A DNA stretch of 63,754 bases, counting the filler, from Blastocystis sp. subtype 4 (Eukaryota), in the NCBI RefSeq assembly GCF_000743755.1. It is 3 parts of 3 records of this genome, joined end to end, with 100 filler letters (N's around TTAATTAATTAA, not from the genome) between each part and the next. Parts side by side here need not be neighbours in the genome. Positions count along the whole stretch, not along the records: positions 1 to 22,041 come from NW_014569368.1; positions 22,142 to 44,045 come from NW_014569367.1; 1 more part is not named here. The stretch is one strand, 5' to 3'. The position numbers were made by a program, and so were the translations under genes. Below the pieces are notes generated by a model. It saw only the letters and a list, made by a program, of their open reading frames with translations, was not told where the DNA came from and made no database searches. Of the stretch, positions 11,141 through 22,867 are shown piece by piece (position 1 is the first letter of the stretch; each line of letters opens with the position of its first letter).

Positions 11141-12977
11141 ATGAACGAGGGTGATAGTTCAAAAGATAAGAAACAGTNNNNNNNNNNNNNNNNNNNNNNN
11201 NNNNNNNNNNNCTGTGGTCCCTGAAGACTTATCTGTGTGTAGTGAAGATTTTTATGAAATGGATATCCCAGAAGAACCATCCTCTCAGAAGATAGTACCC
11301 ACTGAGATTCCCAGTTATGTTGATTTGTTTCTTTGATCCATAGAAGTGCAAGTTCCAGTACTAAAAGGTCAATATGATGTGACTGATAATCAATTCACTT
11401 GGGTTGGAGTCGTAGGGACTGAGATAAATATGAAATGCAGTGGGGAATGGGAAGTGGTGATTCTATCTTCGGGACGACAAGTGAATTCCGTTATTCTGCT
11501 CCTATTCCTCCTGAAAGTGATAAGAGTCAGCCCTATTCTGGCTACTATAATGGATACTTTGGATTCAAAGCAGAGATTCCGAAACGTGTTTATGAGCGTA
11601 ATGTGAAGTTGGAATTCACAGCACTGGAAGGACGATATCAAGTGATTGGAGTTGGAACTAACGAATTTGGTTCCTTCACACTTCTAGGTACCTATAATCC
11701 AGAAACCAAGGAATTGAATTGTACAAAGGAGTAGGAGATAGAGAGAGGAATCATAGGAAGATATGACCCAGTCGCATCTCCTTCAAAGAAACGCGTGAAG
11801 AAGGCTCCTTCAGTCAAATCCAAATCAGTTAAGAAGTCTGAAACTGTCAAACCTCAAGTAAAGAAGGAATCTGTAAAGGAATCGGATCTTCAACAGTGTC
11901 ATACCATTTTGGCTCATCTCATGGTACATGTATGAGAGAGAAATGATGGATAGGAGCATGAGAATGCAGCTCCATTTCTTCGTCCTGTAGATCCTGTTGA
12001 ACTGAAGATTCCTGACTATTTCGATGTTATCAAACACCCGATGGATCTGGGAACCATTCACCAGAAGCTTGAAACAGGAGAGATTCAATCAAAGAGCAAA
12101 TTCATTGAACTGGTTCGACTCGTATTCGATAATGCTCTGTTGTACAATAAGCCCTATGATCCAGTGTAGGTGAGAGGAGAGAGTGGAAATGTAGTGCAAC
12201 TATGGCAATGACGTTGAGTGAGTATTTTGAGAGGGAATTGGCAGGAGGGATAGTCACAGAAGTATCACATAAACAGAAGAAAGATATTCAATCAAGTCAT
12301 GAACGAAGTGGAGTGAAACGTCCTCGACAGTATGTATGTATGAGTCGCGAAGTATATGCCATGATGCAGGATGTATTGCAACAGAAACCACTTCATCATG
12401 AAGTTTTGAATCCAGTGTTGCAAGAGTATCTAAACACACAATGGAAGCTGCGAAAACGATCTGCCGATATGCTGGAGGAAAGAGAGAAGCGAGTATGTGG
12501 TTGTGTACAGACTGTAATGATGATATCTCTCTTTCATTCCTAGTACTTTGAAGACGTACATCTCACTCTTGCAGAACTTGTGTTTATCTCCTCCCAATTG
12601 ATGAAATTGAAGACAAATCATCGACGTACCTTACTGATGACTGTGCTTTCGATATCTGAAAAGGAGTTCGATAGGTCTCATGGAGATCAGATAGATCTGA
12701 GAGATCTGACTGTCCAACAACAGCGTCTATTGCTTCTGGAATTACAAAGGATCCAAGAAGAAGAGTTCCGAGAACGTAGAAGTGAAGAAGTGGATGAAGT
12801 GTAGGACTGGAAAGGAGAGAAGTGGCGAGGAGGAAAGAGATTGCTGAGAAGCATATCCATTCCGAAAGGTCAATCATTAAGGAGATGTTAGAATCGTCAA
12901 GTGATGAAGAGAGTAAGCTATGGGAATCGAATATGACAATAGAGAAATCAAAGGGAAAGAAGGCAACTGTAATCTAA
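11141..12977 (+). CDS. BET/GTE-like bromodomain protein with ET-like domain and N-terminal Gly-rich beta domain (spliced; start uncertain)
   Basis: AAPFLRPVDPVELKIPDYFDVIKHPMDLGTIHQKL..VRLVFDNALLYN; ET-like QIDLRDLTVQQQRLL. TAA at 12975-12977, TGTTTGTT at 12986. Confidence 0.8.
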
Positions 12978-13132
12978 CGTGTCTGTGTTTGTTGGAAATG
13001 AGATAATGAACAGACGATAGCTAGAAACCAGATTGTGCATAATCAGGTAGTGTCTTGAGTGAAAGACATGTCACACCATTATTCATATTACCTTAGTTTT
13101 GATACTTTTGCATTCTCTCTATTTGTTCTTCT

Positions 13133-15177
13133 ATGTCTGATGAAGAAATAATTGAGTTTTCGAAGGACCAACGACTTCCAGAAGAAGGAGAACCCATATG
13201 TGTAGTAGGAGTTACAGGTAGTTGTTCAGGATAGGTGTGTGGGAAATATGGCGCTTATGTCTGTGATAAAACAGATGAGGATGTTTGTAGTATTGAATGT
13301 AAAAATATCCTCCTTCAAAGAGTAGAAAACACAGAAGAGAATCAATTACCTCCAGTGTCATGCGATGGTTGTTGATATGTGTTGTAATAATTGGAAGATG
13401 AGACGTTTTATCATTGGAGGATTTCTGCTTATTACAAGTACATGACATGGAGTACCTTGTACACAAATAAGGATGTTTTACTTTTTGTATTCTCTGATGT
13501 AGATTGTTGAGATTCGACGGGGTTTGAATATTTCTGTGAACGGTGACTTCTATCATTCATGTAGTCTTCGTGGTTAACTATGATGTAGTGATTTCATTTG
13601 ATGATATCCAATTAATGCCTCAGTTACGTGAGAACCTAATTGAAATGGGAGTGATTTCACCTACTCCCATTCAGATGGAATCAGTAAGAGTGATGGGATG
13701 AATTACATGAAGATTCCTTGCATTCTAAGTAATCGAGATGTGATCTTACGTAGTAATACTGGAAGTGGTAAAACGTTGGCCTATCTTATTCCACTTCTTT
13801 TACTTCTTATTGATTATGTTCACTTGTTTTGAAGGAATAATTGGTAGTATGAGACGTATTCTGTATATACTGATTTTGTTATCTTGATTGTTGTTCCTAG
13901 TCGTGAGCTGGCCATACAAATTGAAGAAGTGGTGAAGTTTATGGTTCTCAAACTACGAGGAGTTCGAACTGCTCTCATTATTGGAGGAGAGAGTCGAGAA
14001 CAGCAAGTAAGAGTATTCATTCTCTGAGACTTAGATGTATCGACTTCGACAGGATGTGAATGTTCTTATCTGCACTCCAGGTCGTTTGTCTGATATTGCT
14101 TCGCATGACCCTCATGGAGGTACTGGTAATAATGTTATTTCATGTAGCTGGAGAGATATTAAAACGAGTGCGTTCTGTAGTACTCGATGAAGCGGATCAG
14201 CTGATGAAGTCGGATTTTCAAGATCAAGTGTTATCATTGTTTTCTCATCTAATATCTCGTTGTCTACAAGTGACCTTTGTAACATGAAGTTGTTGTGTAG
14301 AAGATCGTAGTGTCAGCAACTATTACTGCGAATCTCCGTGCCCAGATTCTCCCTCATCTCCAGAATCCAATGGAAGTGACTGTTTGTGATATTCGTATTG
14401 GATACAGAAGAATCTGAGTTGAAGAACGATTGAATTCTACTCTCCAGTACTCTATTCAGTGGTGTGAAGAAAATCAGAAGAAGAAGAAGTTCGTAGCATT
14501 GATGAAGAAGTGTATTCAAGACACTGAGTCACTGCTTCAACTTCCTCTTGTCATTCTTTGTCAGACACGGTTAGAATAGACTCATAGTTTGATGCTTAGA
14601 ATGGAAGTAGTCGATGTTCAGGCCATTCTTGCTTCATCTTTCCCTACTGTTTCTCATAATGCAGTCACTGTTGAAACACCGTTTGTTCAACGTCGTGAGA
14701 TTATCCAACAATTCCAAACGAACCAACTGGAAGTCCTTGTGTCCACACCAGGTATTGTGGGGCGAGGTATAGAGTTGCGGTCTGCAAATAGTGTTGGTAT
14801 AATCTTTTGGTTTAATGTAGATCTTGCTTTGGTCATTTGCTTCCTCTGTCTCGGAATTCATTCATAATGTTGGTCGAATTGGAAGAGAAGGTAACACTGG
14901 ATCGGTTTGTGTATTCTGCAATGCACACAATAAGAAGATCTTTCAAGGATTTGTCAAGTTGGCTGAAGAGAATCACATCAAGATACCTTCTCGTCCTCTT
15001 TCCTCTTTCTCATAATTTGTAGAAATCAAGGAGTGCATTCGAGAAACAGGTAGGAATGAACTTGGTTTGTAACAGGGAGAACTCCGAAGCACAAAGTTAA
15101 CAACCAAAGAATTGAAGAATTTAGGGTTATTTACTGAACAGGCAATGGAGAATTGGAAACGTTTTCGTTCTCAATAG
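13133..15177 (+). CDS. DDX59: DEAD-box helicase DDX59 with N-terminal zf-HIT (spliced)
   Basis: [73 protein letters not shown]. Confidence 0.9.
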
Positions 15178-15234
15178 AAAGCATAGTGATAAGAATAGGG
15201 GACCCCAATTCTTGTAGTAATTATTGGTTTAAGA

Positions 15235-16071
15235 ATGTTTCGCTTGAAATCTGTTTGTGTATCTCGAAATGTTAATGCTTTCTACCGTTCTTTTGCTTCA
15301 AGAAACAATGTTCTGTTTGTCCTTGGAGCTCCTGGTTCTGGAAAGGGAAAGCACTCAGATCATTTAGTTGCCAAGTTTGGTGGTTGTCACGTTTCGGTTG
15401 GTGAGATCTTACGTGAAGTTGCGGTTTCGGATGGTTATCTCATTATCAGACAGTGAAAACTCCGGGAAAGTATACCGAAATGATTCAAAAGCATATGAAT
15501 GTAAGAAATACACGAATGAGTCATCGATTAGGAAGGTACTCTCGTTCCGACGGAGGTGACAATGGAACTGATCAGAGACAAGGTAATGAACTCCACTAAT
15601 GGAGTTCTTCTCCTTGATGGTTATCCACGAAATATGTCCAACTATAAAGTATTTGAATAATGTCTGAAATAAATATTAGACATGGTGTGATGTGATGGGT
15701 GATAGTTGCAACGTGCTTGGTTGCTTACTCTACAAATGTAGCTATGAATTTTTGGAAAAGCGTTTGATTGCTAGAGGAAAGGATTCGTAGCACAATAATT
15801 AATAAATCAACTGTAGAGGACGTGCTGATGACAATCTAGAGGTTATCAAAAGACGATTCTATAGTTATGAACATGAAACGAAAGAAGTCCTTGACAAGTT
15901 GAGAGAGAAGGTTGGTGATTTGCGTTGCTTCTAATGTAGTACTCTATTGAGGAAATTTGTACGGAACCGCCCTTTGAAGAAGCGTTCGAATGAATAACTA
16001 AGATAATTCCTAGATTTCCAAACTCTGTAAAAGCCTACTGCAAGATTATAAAACAAAACGGGTTAATGTAG
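15235..16071 (+). CDS. Adenylate/UMP-CMP kinase family, probable organelle presequence (spliced)
   Basis: VLGAPGSGKG P-loop, LLDGYPRN, GRADDN. Arg/Ser-rich N-terminus. TAG at 16069 with TATTTGTT at 16074. Confidence 0.88.
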
Positions 16072-16295
16072 TTTATTTGTTCGAAAATACATCAACCATC
16101 CGATACACCCATATATGCTAGTGGGAAAAGAATAATTAGAGCAAGATTCTCTCGTTCATCGAGTCCTTTACTGGATTGGCTGAACAGTTACCATAATTTG
16201 GTGCATCCAATAGTATAGGAACTTAACCCCTTCAGAGAAAACAGAATCTTCTCCTGTCTCCTATTTCAATTAGAATAAAACAAGTGAATTAAAAG

Positions 16296-16787
16296 ATGTC
16301 TATTTTTAACTATGCAGGTAACAAGTTCTTTGACAACGAGGACTACGCCTTCAATGCTGTTCCTACATCAAGAGTTGCTTTGTAAGATCATGTCACTCGA
16401 ATTACGGTTAGCGAATCTAGCAATATGAACTTCTACCAGCTTCCTCTCGATCTTATTGAGGTTACATCTCTTTACTGTTATGAGAAATAGACTCCTGATA
16501 TGTATGTTCTGATTGCTGAAATTCCTGGAGTTTCAAAGGATAGAATAACAATCACTACTAAGGATGATAAACTCATGATTGAAGGAAAGAAGAAGAAGAA
16601 GGTGATTAGCAATGAAGACCATTATCTAATCCATGAGAGAAGAAATGGACTGTTCAAGAAGATGATTCAGTTGCCTATTGATGCTGATTCGCAGAGTATG
16701 TCTGCTCGAATTGAGGATGGTCTCCTTGTATTATCAATTCCTCGCGTTAAAAACGTGAATGGAGCCAAGTATATCACAATTAACTAA
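16296..16787 (+). CDS. Small heat-shock protein (HSP20), two introns
   Basis: LPLDLIE|TPDMYVLIAEIPGVSK..HERRNGLFKKMIQLP..ARIEDGLLVLSIP..ITI. Confidence 0.88.
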
Positions 16788-16834
16788 TTGCTTTTGAAAG
16801 GCTATATGTTTCTTAACAAAATTCCATTTCTTAT

Positions 16835-19800
16835 TTATTGAACCACATCTCCTTTAATATAGTACATCATACGCTGAGTCAACAACTTTGATTTCATTCT
16901 TCCATAAGTACAGATACAAAGAACAATAAGGATAATGATCAGGCAAACAATACTACACCCGATCACAATAATGAGGAGAATTGGTATACAGCTGCCTCGT
17001 TGATGACTCCATTCACCCTCAGAAACACCAATCTGACAGGTACGAGAAATAGTACCCACAAACTTCCCTTTACTGGAACAAGGGATAGTAACAGTGACTC
17101 CAACATGAGTCTCAGGAAAGATACCATCTGCAGTACACATTCCAATATGTGTACTGAAACTAAGGGAGCAAGAACATACTCCGTTTTCATTGCTACCGTA
17201 GATAACCACATTTTGGTCCTTCATAACCTTTGTTGGAGTTCCACTAATGTATCCAGTTTGGGAATTTAGCTTCAATCCTTCAGGAAGGGATGAATGTTCA
17301 TCAGTTGAAAACTTAGTGATAAGGTTGTCGTAAGAAGGAGCGAGCGAGATGGGTACACCAAGAACAAGTGAATAAACATCTTGAGAATACAGTAGATTCG
17401 TTGGAGGAGCTAGAATGCAATCACTTGAATCAATATCGGAGAAAAAGCCATCAATACATACTCGTTTCATTGTACCTATCTGATTAGTAGGACATGGAGC
17501 TATTGAAATGCCACCACTTGGCACCGAATCAAATGGACCTAAAGCAGGACACAGTAGAGTTGTAGTACGATGGTATGTCAGATAAATCTCACTAACAGCA
17601 AGTATCTTCCCTGCTTCTACAATATCTAGATCCAGGGCATTAACAACGGTTGAAGCAGGATAGGAATGAGCTTGTAGAGATAACGAATGCGATTTTGTGA
17701 AAGATTCCAGCGACCAATAACCCTCATCCATCCTATTTGGCTGGTTTGAATACTGATAAAATCTCCACCTTGCAGTAATGTTCATTCGATTATGAACAAA
17801 CTCGATATGCGAGAAGCGACCTCCCACACGATTCTCTAGTTCCCAATGAAGGGTCAACTGACGATGTGATAAACGATAAACACAGGCAGTAGCCAGATCC
17901 TTATCAATGAGACCAGAAGAATGGAATCCACATCCATTTGTCGTAGTTACAGGCGAGATCGAAGTGTATATGGAAACAAAGGAGTTTGTACAAAGAGCAA
18001 TAGGAGCAATACCAAATGAAGCAACAGCAGAGAAATGAATGGGAAAGGAATGAAACCATATTGGATAGACCAACTGAATAGCAAGAACATTAAGTCCTTG
18101 AATAGCAGAAGAAAAGAGTAATACAACATGAAATAAAGACTGAGAGTGGAGATTACCAAGAGCAATGAATGTTCCATCTGATTCCTCTGTGGCATGGAAC
18201 ATAGCAACACGATGGCCATTCACCCAAGCAATGAGTCCAGCATGGAAGGTTACAGCAACATTCAATGTTAAAAACGTCGTTAATGAAGGAATAGAGAAAG
18301 AGTGGCGCATATACACAGAAGTGGAATCCATATATCCAAGAGATAATGAGGACTGAAAGTGAACAATAGACCAATTACTGTCATCAAAAGAAGGTACTTG
18401 CCAGCCAGAAGGAGCTTCAGAAACTACTTTCCATTCGAGATCAGGATCTTTGGTTGTAAAGGCAAGAAGGTTTGTAAAGACAATTTGAGCTTGGGATGAA
18501 ACTACTGAACTCATTCCAAGAAGAATATCTTCATTCCCATGTAATACCTTGATTCCTGGAGGAATCGAGGACTCAAGGAGTGGGGATTTCGCGGTATGAC
18601 ATGATAATCGATAGATCCTGATAGGAAGATAGAGATCATAAGATAGAGATACATTATCCATTGAGACTGAGAATGAATGAGTATTTGATACCCAGTCAAA
18701 TGGATAAGATGAGTCAATGGATACTTCGTCAAGAGAGCAATTAAAACTAGTAGGGAAAAATGGAGTGTAAAAATCGATACGAACATGATTCTGTGGATCA
18801 GAACGAATGATGTTCCTTTCTTGTTTTCGGATATGTGATGTTGAATGAGGAGGTATTCCTACATACACATATTCCATTGATGCTGAAGCCAAGTGGAAAT
18901 CATATCGAATCTGAAGGAGTTGTTTCTCCTCAGTGATGTCATAAACTAGAAGAAATGAGCCATCATTCCATGATGGCAATACACTACTCACTGTGATTCG
19001 ATACTTTCCTGGTTTCGCACAAAGTCTCCACTCACATTCCTCGATTTCCTTCTGTTCTTCATCAATTCCTTCTCCAAGAACCTGTATCCATGAATTAGCT
19101 TCCGATCGCTCCATCACCCAACTCTCTAATTGGGGTAACTTTCGATAATGTCGTATCACATGCAGAATATGAGATTCGCAAAGACCAATATCCAATGAGA
19201 ACTTTCCCTGAATTGACTGCTGTTGTGTTGAGAGCACGAAGACTTCATGAACAGAACTCTCAGCAACTCCCACGATTCGACATCTAAACGAATCCAACCA
19301 TAGTCCCTTAGGAAGTGATGGTTGAATAGTGCAATTCGTCACAGGTTCCAAAGGAGTTATGTCAAATGATGTAACCCCAACATAACCGGAATAGATCTCT
19401 GTAGAGAATGTTAGAGAAGATGTAGGAGGATATGAACAAATCAACAGTTCCATAGAAGACAAATGGATAGGATAACTACGTGTTTTGATCGATTTCATAA
19501 TGAGGACATTGGTGAACAGATCACTAAAAGGGAAGAAGAAGGTCATCCTTCCATTTTCGATAAAAGGATGAGATGGCAACAAGCGAGTCTCACTTATTCT
19601 CGATGTGGTGATATTTCGACTAGTAAACACCTCAAAATAGTCAATGGAATGGATTGGATCTGATAAACTGAAACGGACCCCTTCAAAATGCATTGTAATA
19701 TCTGAAAATGAGAGAACAAGAGAACAGTAAGAATATGGAATGATAATGGAGGACTTGATTGGAACAGAGAGACGTTGATCACCACATGTCAAGGCGATGG

Positions 19801-20711
19801 AATAGTCATATGGAACACTATAACAAGAGTCACCTGAAGAAGGAATGGATAAAGAGAGACTGAGTGCCAGATAGTTACTAACAGTCTGTTTATTGGACTG
19901 ACATAAGATGATAGCTAGTATGTTCGTTTGCAAAGTGAATACTTGAGTACTCATCAAAAGAACATGATGATGATGTTCACGATAACAACCTGTAGCATTT
20001 CTATCAAAAGAGTCAACATTATCTTGAAAGACGAGAAACCCATTTCCATAGATTTCAATTCCACAAGAATAATCAATCGATAATTCCAATGCATTTGCAT
20101 TATTGATAGAGATAGTAAAAGGAATACGGATTGCTTGAATTGGATAACTAAAGTCAACAGTACTCAAAGACGTTTGGGTCCATTTAGAGTCATCAAATAG
20201 TGGGAGAACCGCATGATAATCGGGTCTCTCATTAAAGATCCGTACTAGAGAAGAAGGAGAAACAACAACGTTTACTACACAATAAAGAAAAAATATAAGA
20301 GGAACATGAAAATGTCACATTTTGTTCAAAAGGTTGAGTCATCTGACCTCGGTAAACAATGTTGTTCCAATAACCATAAAGAATGAGTTCCGATGTAGAA
20401 CTCCAAATATACTTTCTAGAAATAAGTATCTTATTGTATACTAACCGATCCAACATACTTAGTACATAAACATTCTGCATATTTTCCTTGAGACAGTACG
20501 AATAAAACTGAGTCTCATTGTCAATGAAAGGTTCACTAGACACTTCCAATTTGCCATTGTTATAGATCTTGAACTTTTCGTTCAAAGAAGAGGCTCCACT
20601 ACGCTTTTCAATCCCAACGAACACTGTATTATTCTCACAACTCTGAATCAACGCCGAAGGGAAACGGCAAAGCGCCAATATGAAGAGTAGTTGAACTACA
20701 ACTTCTTTCAT
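16835..20711 (-). CDS. Divergent member of the large surface-protein family (signal peptide, He_PIG, Cys-rich modules, TM)
   Basis: Signal-like MKEVVVQLLFILALC; LPKGLWLD, FDDSNW..YMRHSF..WVNG, LPEGLKLNSQTGYISGTP, CTADGIFPETHVG..GEW; C-terminal TM. 5' exons approximate. Confidence 0.8.
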
Positions 20712-20904
20712 ATTGCGAAATGGAAACCCCTGTAATACTAATAGATCAATAAATGGGAAAAGTGTAGTATCTGACGTTTTATGGAAAAACAGCAATTTCT
20801 ATGTCTCCTTTGATTCAATCAGCAAACATGAGTCTAGGAAAGGCAAATAACAATAATTGGACACTTTATATAATTGGGTCATCAATAATTGATACGAAAA
20901 AACG

Positions 20905-21889
20905 ATGCAACGGTTGAGTGTTGGTTTGAGAAATACTGTTCGATTGCATCTATCGGTCCTTTCGAGTATTCGGAGTATTTCTTATGCACGAACTCTTGTT
21001 GTGGTGGTCGCATGGCTATAATTGTAGAATCAGAAGAAGGGAAAACGAGTAGAAAGAGTTGAAGACTTCTATACTACTGTTATTGTTGATGAGCTTGGGC
21101 TTGATGACTACTTGTCTCCTCAGAAAAAGAATCTGTTAAATGGAGTGAAGGAGAAGTATGAAAATGTGATGTCTGAATTCAACATCAAACGAAAGGTACA
21201 ACTTTGCATTAGGAGTGAGAATAAGATTAAAGAATACAACCAACAAGAAGTTACCTCTAGTGTAACGGAGTTACTCCCAAAGTTCCAGGAGTTTTATGCG
21301 CTGGACCAACTTATGAATGCTTCTTCGATTCTTATTCCTCCTCTTCTTAAGGAAATGAAGAGTCTTCACCCTAATCATTATTCTGTTAGAGAATTGCAGC
21401 CTTTTCACAAGAATCTCCGTTTTGTGGGTTACAGTCTATCCTATTTGGATGGAAATCCTGAAATACTTCAGACACGAGTACTGAAGAGTAAAGAAACCAT
21501 GTTTGCTCAAGTGACAGTTGGTGTTCGTGCTATCGAGGTTGGATATGGGTTTGCATCTGATAGGTAGGATATCTATGGATGGACCGATCGGGGGAAAAAA
21601 GTGAAACTTGAAGGTGAATTCCCTGAAGTTTGTAACTAAAGAGGTATCTGATTCGTAGGATCTGCAAGTGGTATGTGGAAAAGAATTGCCTCTTGAGTCC
21701 AAACAATCCGACTGGAAGAGCAGCGAAGACACAAATCATAGAAAGTACTTTTACAACACTCTAACAAAGATTTCCTCATGGGATAATCCAGATGACTATG
21801 TGAATAACAGGAAACTGCGTGCATATCTGTTCGTTCTCGAGAGACCGCTATTCTCGTCAATGGGTGCCTGGCGTTTTCATAAGCTTTAG
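20905..21889 (+). CDS. Tim44/mL45-like domain protein with C-terminal WW domain, probable organelle presequence (spliced; may end at 21824)
   Basis: PEILQTRVLKSKETMFAQVTV resembles the mL45/Tim44-like fold; WW motif DWKSSEDTNHRKYFYNTLTKISSWDNP. Confidence 0.55.
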
Positions 21890-22041
21890 TGAATACTGTT
21901 CTTGTTGGAAAACAAGTTGGTAATTGTATTAATCAAACCCTATATGAGGCTCCAGAAAAACACCCGATTCTGCAGAAACTAAGCAAAGGAATATCTCGGC
22001 TATTTCCCATTCATTTCCTTTGATAATGAGTGAAAAGACAG

Positions 22042-22141
22042 NNNNNNNNNNNNNNNNNNNNNNNNNNNNNNNNNNNNNNNNNNNNTTAATTAATTAANNN
22101 NNNNNNNNNNNNNNNNNNNNNNNNNNNNNNNNNNNNNNNNN
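22042..22141. other. Scaffold gap with artificial six-frame stop linker TTAATTAATTAA
   Basis: N-run, TTAATTAATTAA at 22086-22097, N-run; same construct at 44046-44145. Confidence 0.95.
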
Positions 22142-22735
22142 ACCCCCGTGAAGGATCAGGCTTCTTGCGGTTCTTGCTGGGCTTTCTCTGCCACCGGTTC
22201 TCTGGAGGGAGGAAACTTCGTTGCTAACGGAAAGCTGATTTCTCTGTCTGAGCAGCAGCTGGTCGATTGCGATCCCAAGTCCAACGGATGCGGAGGTGGT
22301 TTGATGACCAACGCTTTCGAGTACGTCATGAAGAAGGGTCTGTGCACTGAGGAGGACTATCCTTACCATGCTAAGGATGAGGACTGCAAGGATGACAAGT
22401 GCACTGCTGCCATTCAGATTAAGGGATATGAGGAGGTTGCTGCTTATGATGGAGCTGCTCTTAAGGCTGCCGTTTCTAAGGCCCCCGTGTCTGTTGCTGT
22501 GGAGGCTGATTCTGCTGTGTTCCAGATGTACACTGGTGGTGTTGTCGATAGCACTGCTTGCGGAACCTCTCTGAACCACGGAGTGCTCGCTGTCGGTTAC
22601 ACTGATGAGTACTGGATTGTCAAGAACTCCTGGGGTCCTAGCTGGGGTGATGAGGGATACATCAAGATTGCCTACAAGGCTACTGGAGCCGGTATTTGCG
22701 GTATTAACCAGATGAACTCTTACCCTACTTTCTAA
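22142..22735 (+). CDS. Papain-family (C1A) cathepsin L-like cysteine protease, 5' partial
   Basis: QASCGSCWAFS, LSEQQLVDCD, LNHGVLAVGY, YWIVKNSWG catalytic motifs. TGTTTGTT at 22760. Confidence 0.96.
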   Translation, partial: TPVKDQASCGSCWAFSATGSLEGGNFVANGKLISLSEQQLVDCDPKSNGCGGGLMTNAFEYVMKKGLCTEEDYPYHAKDEDCKDDKCTAAIQIKGYEEVAAYDGAALKAAVSKAPVSVAVEADSAVFQMYTGGVVDSTACGTSLNHGVLAVGYTDEYWIVKNSWGPSWGDEGYIKIAYKATGAGICGINQMNSYPTF

Positions 22736-22867
22736 GTCGTATGACTGCAGAGTAGTGATTGTTTGTTTACACTAGACGTTGTTTGATTTAAATCGAACAA
22801 AGACATGTTGGAACAATAGAACCATCAATCGCAGCTTTTCGATTTGACGAAACATCTCCAATATATA

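Noticed and set aside
22086..22097. TTAATTAATTAA palindrome (also at 44090-44101) as a biological element
   Set aside because: Flanked by N-runs in an identical layout at both sites; a six-frame stop linker from scaffolding. Adjacency across these gaps is unverified.
22142..22735. Higher GC content of the cathepsin gene as contamination or lateral transfer
   Set aside because: It has the native TGTTTGTT signal, and histone H3 shows a similar codon bias, so high expression is the simpler explanation.
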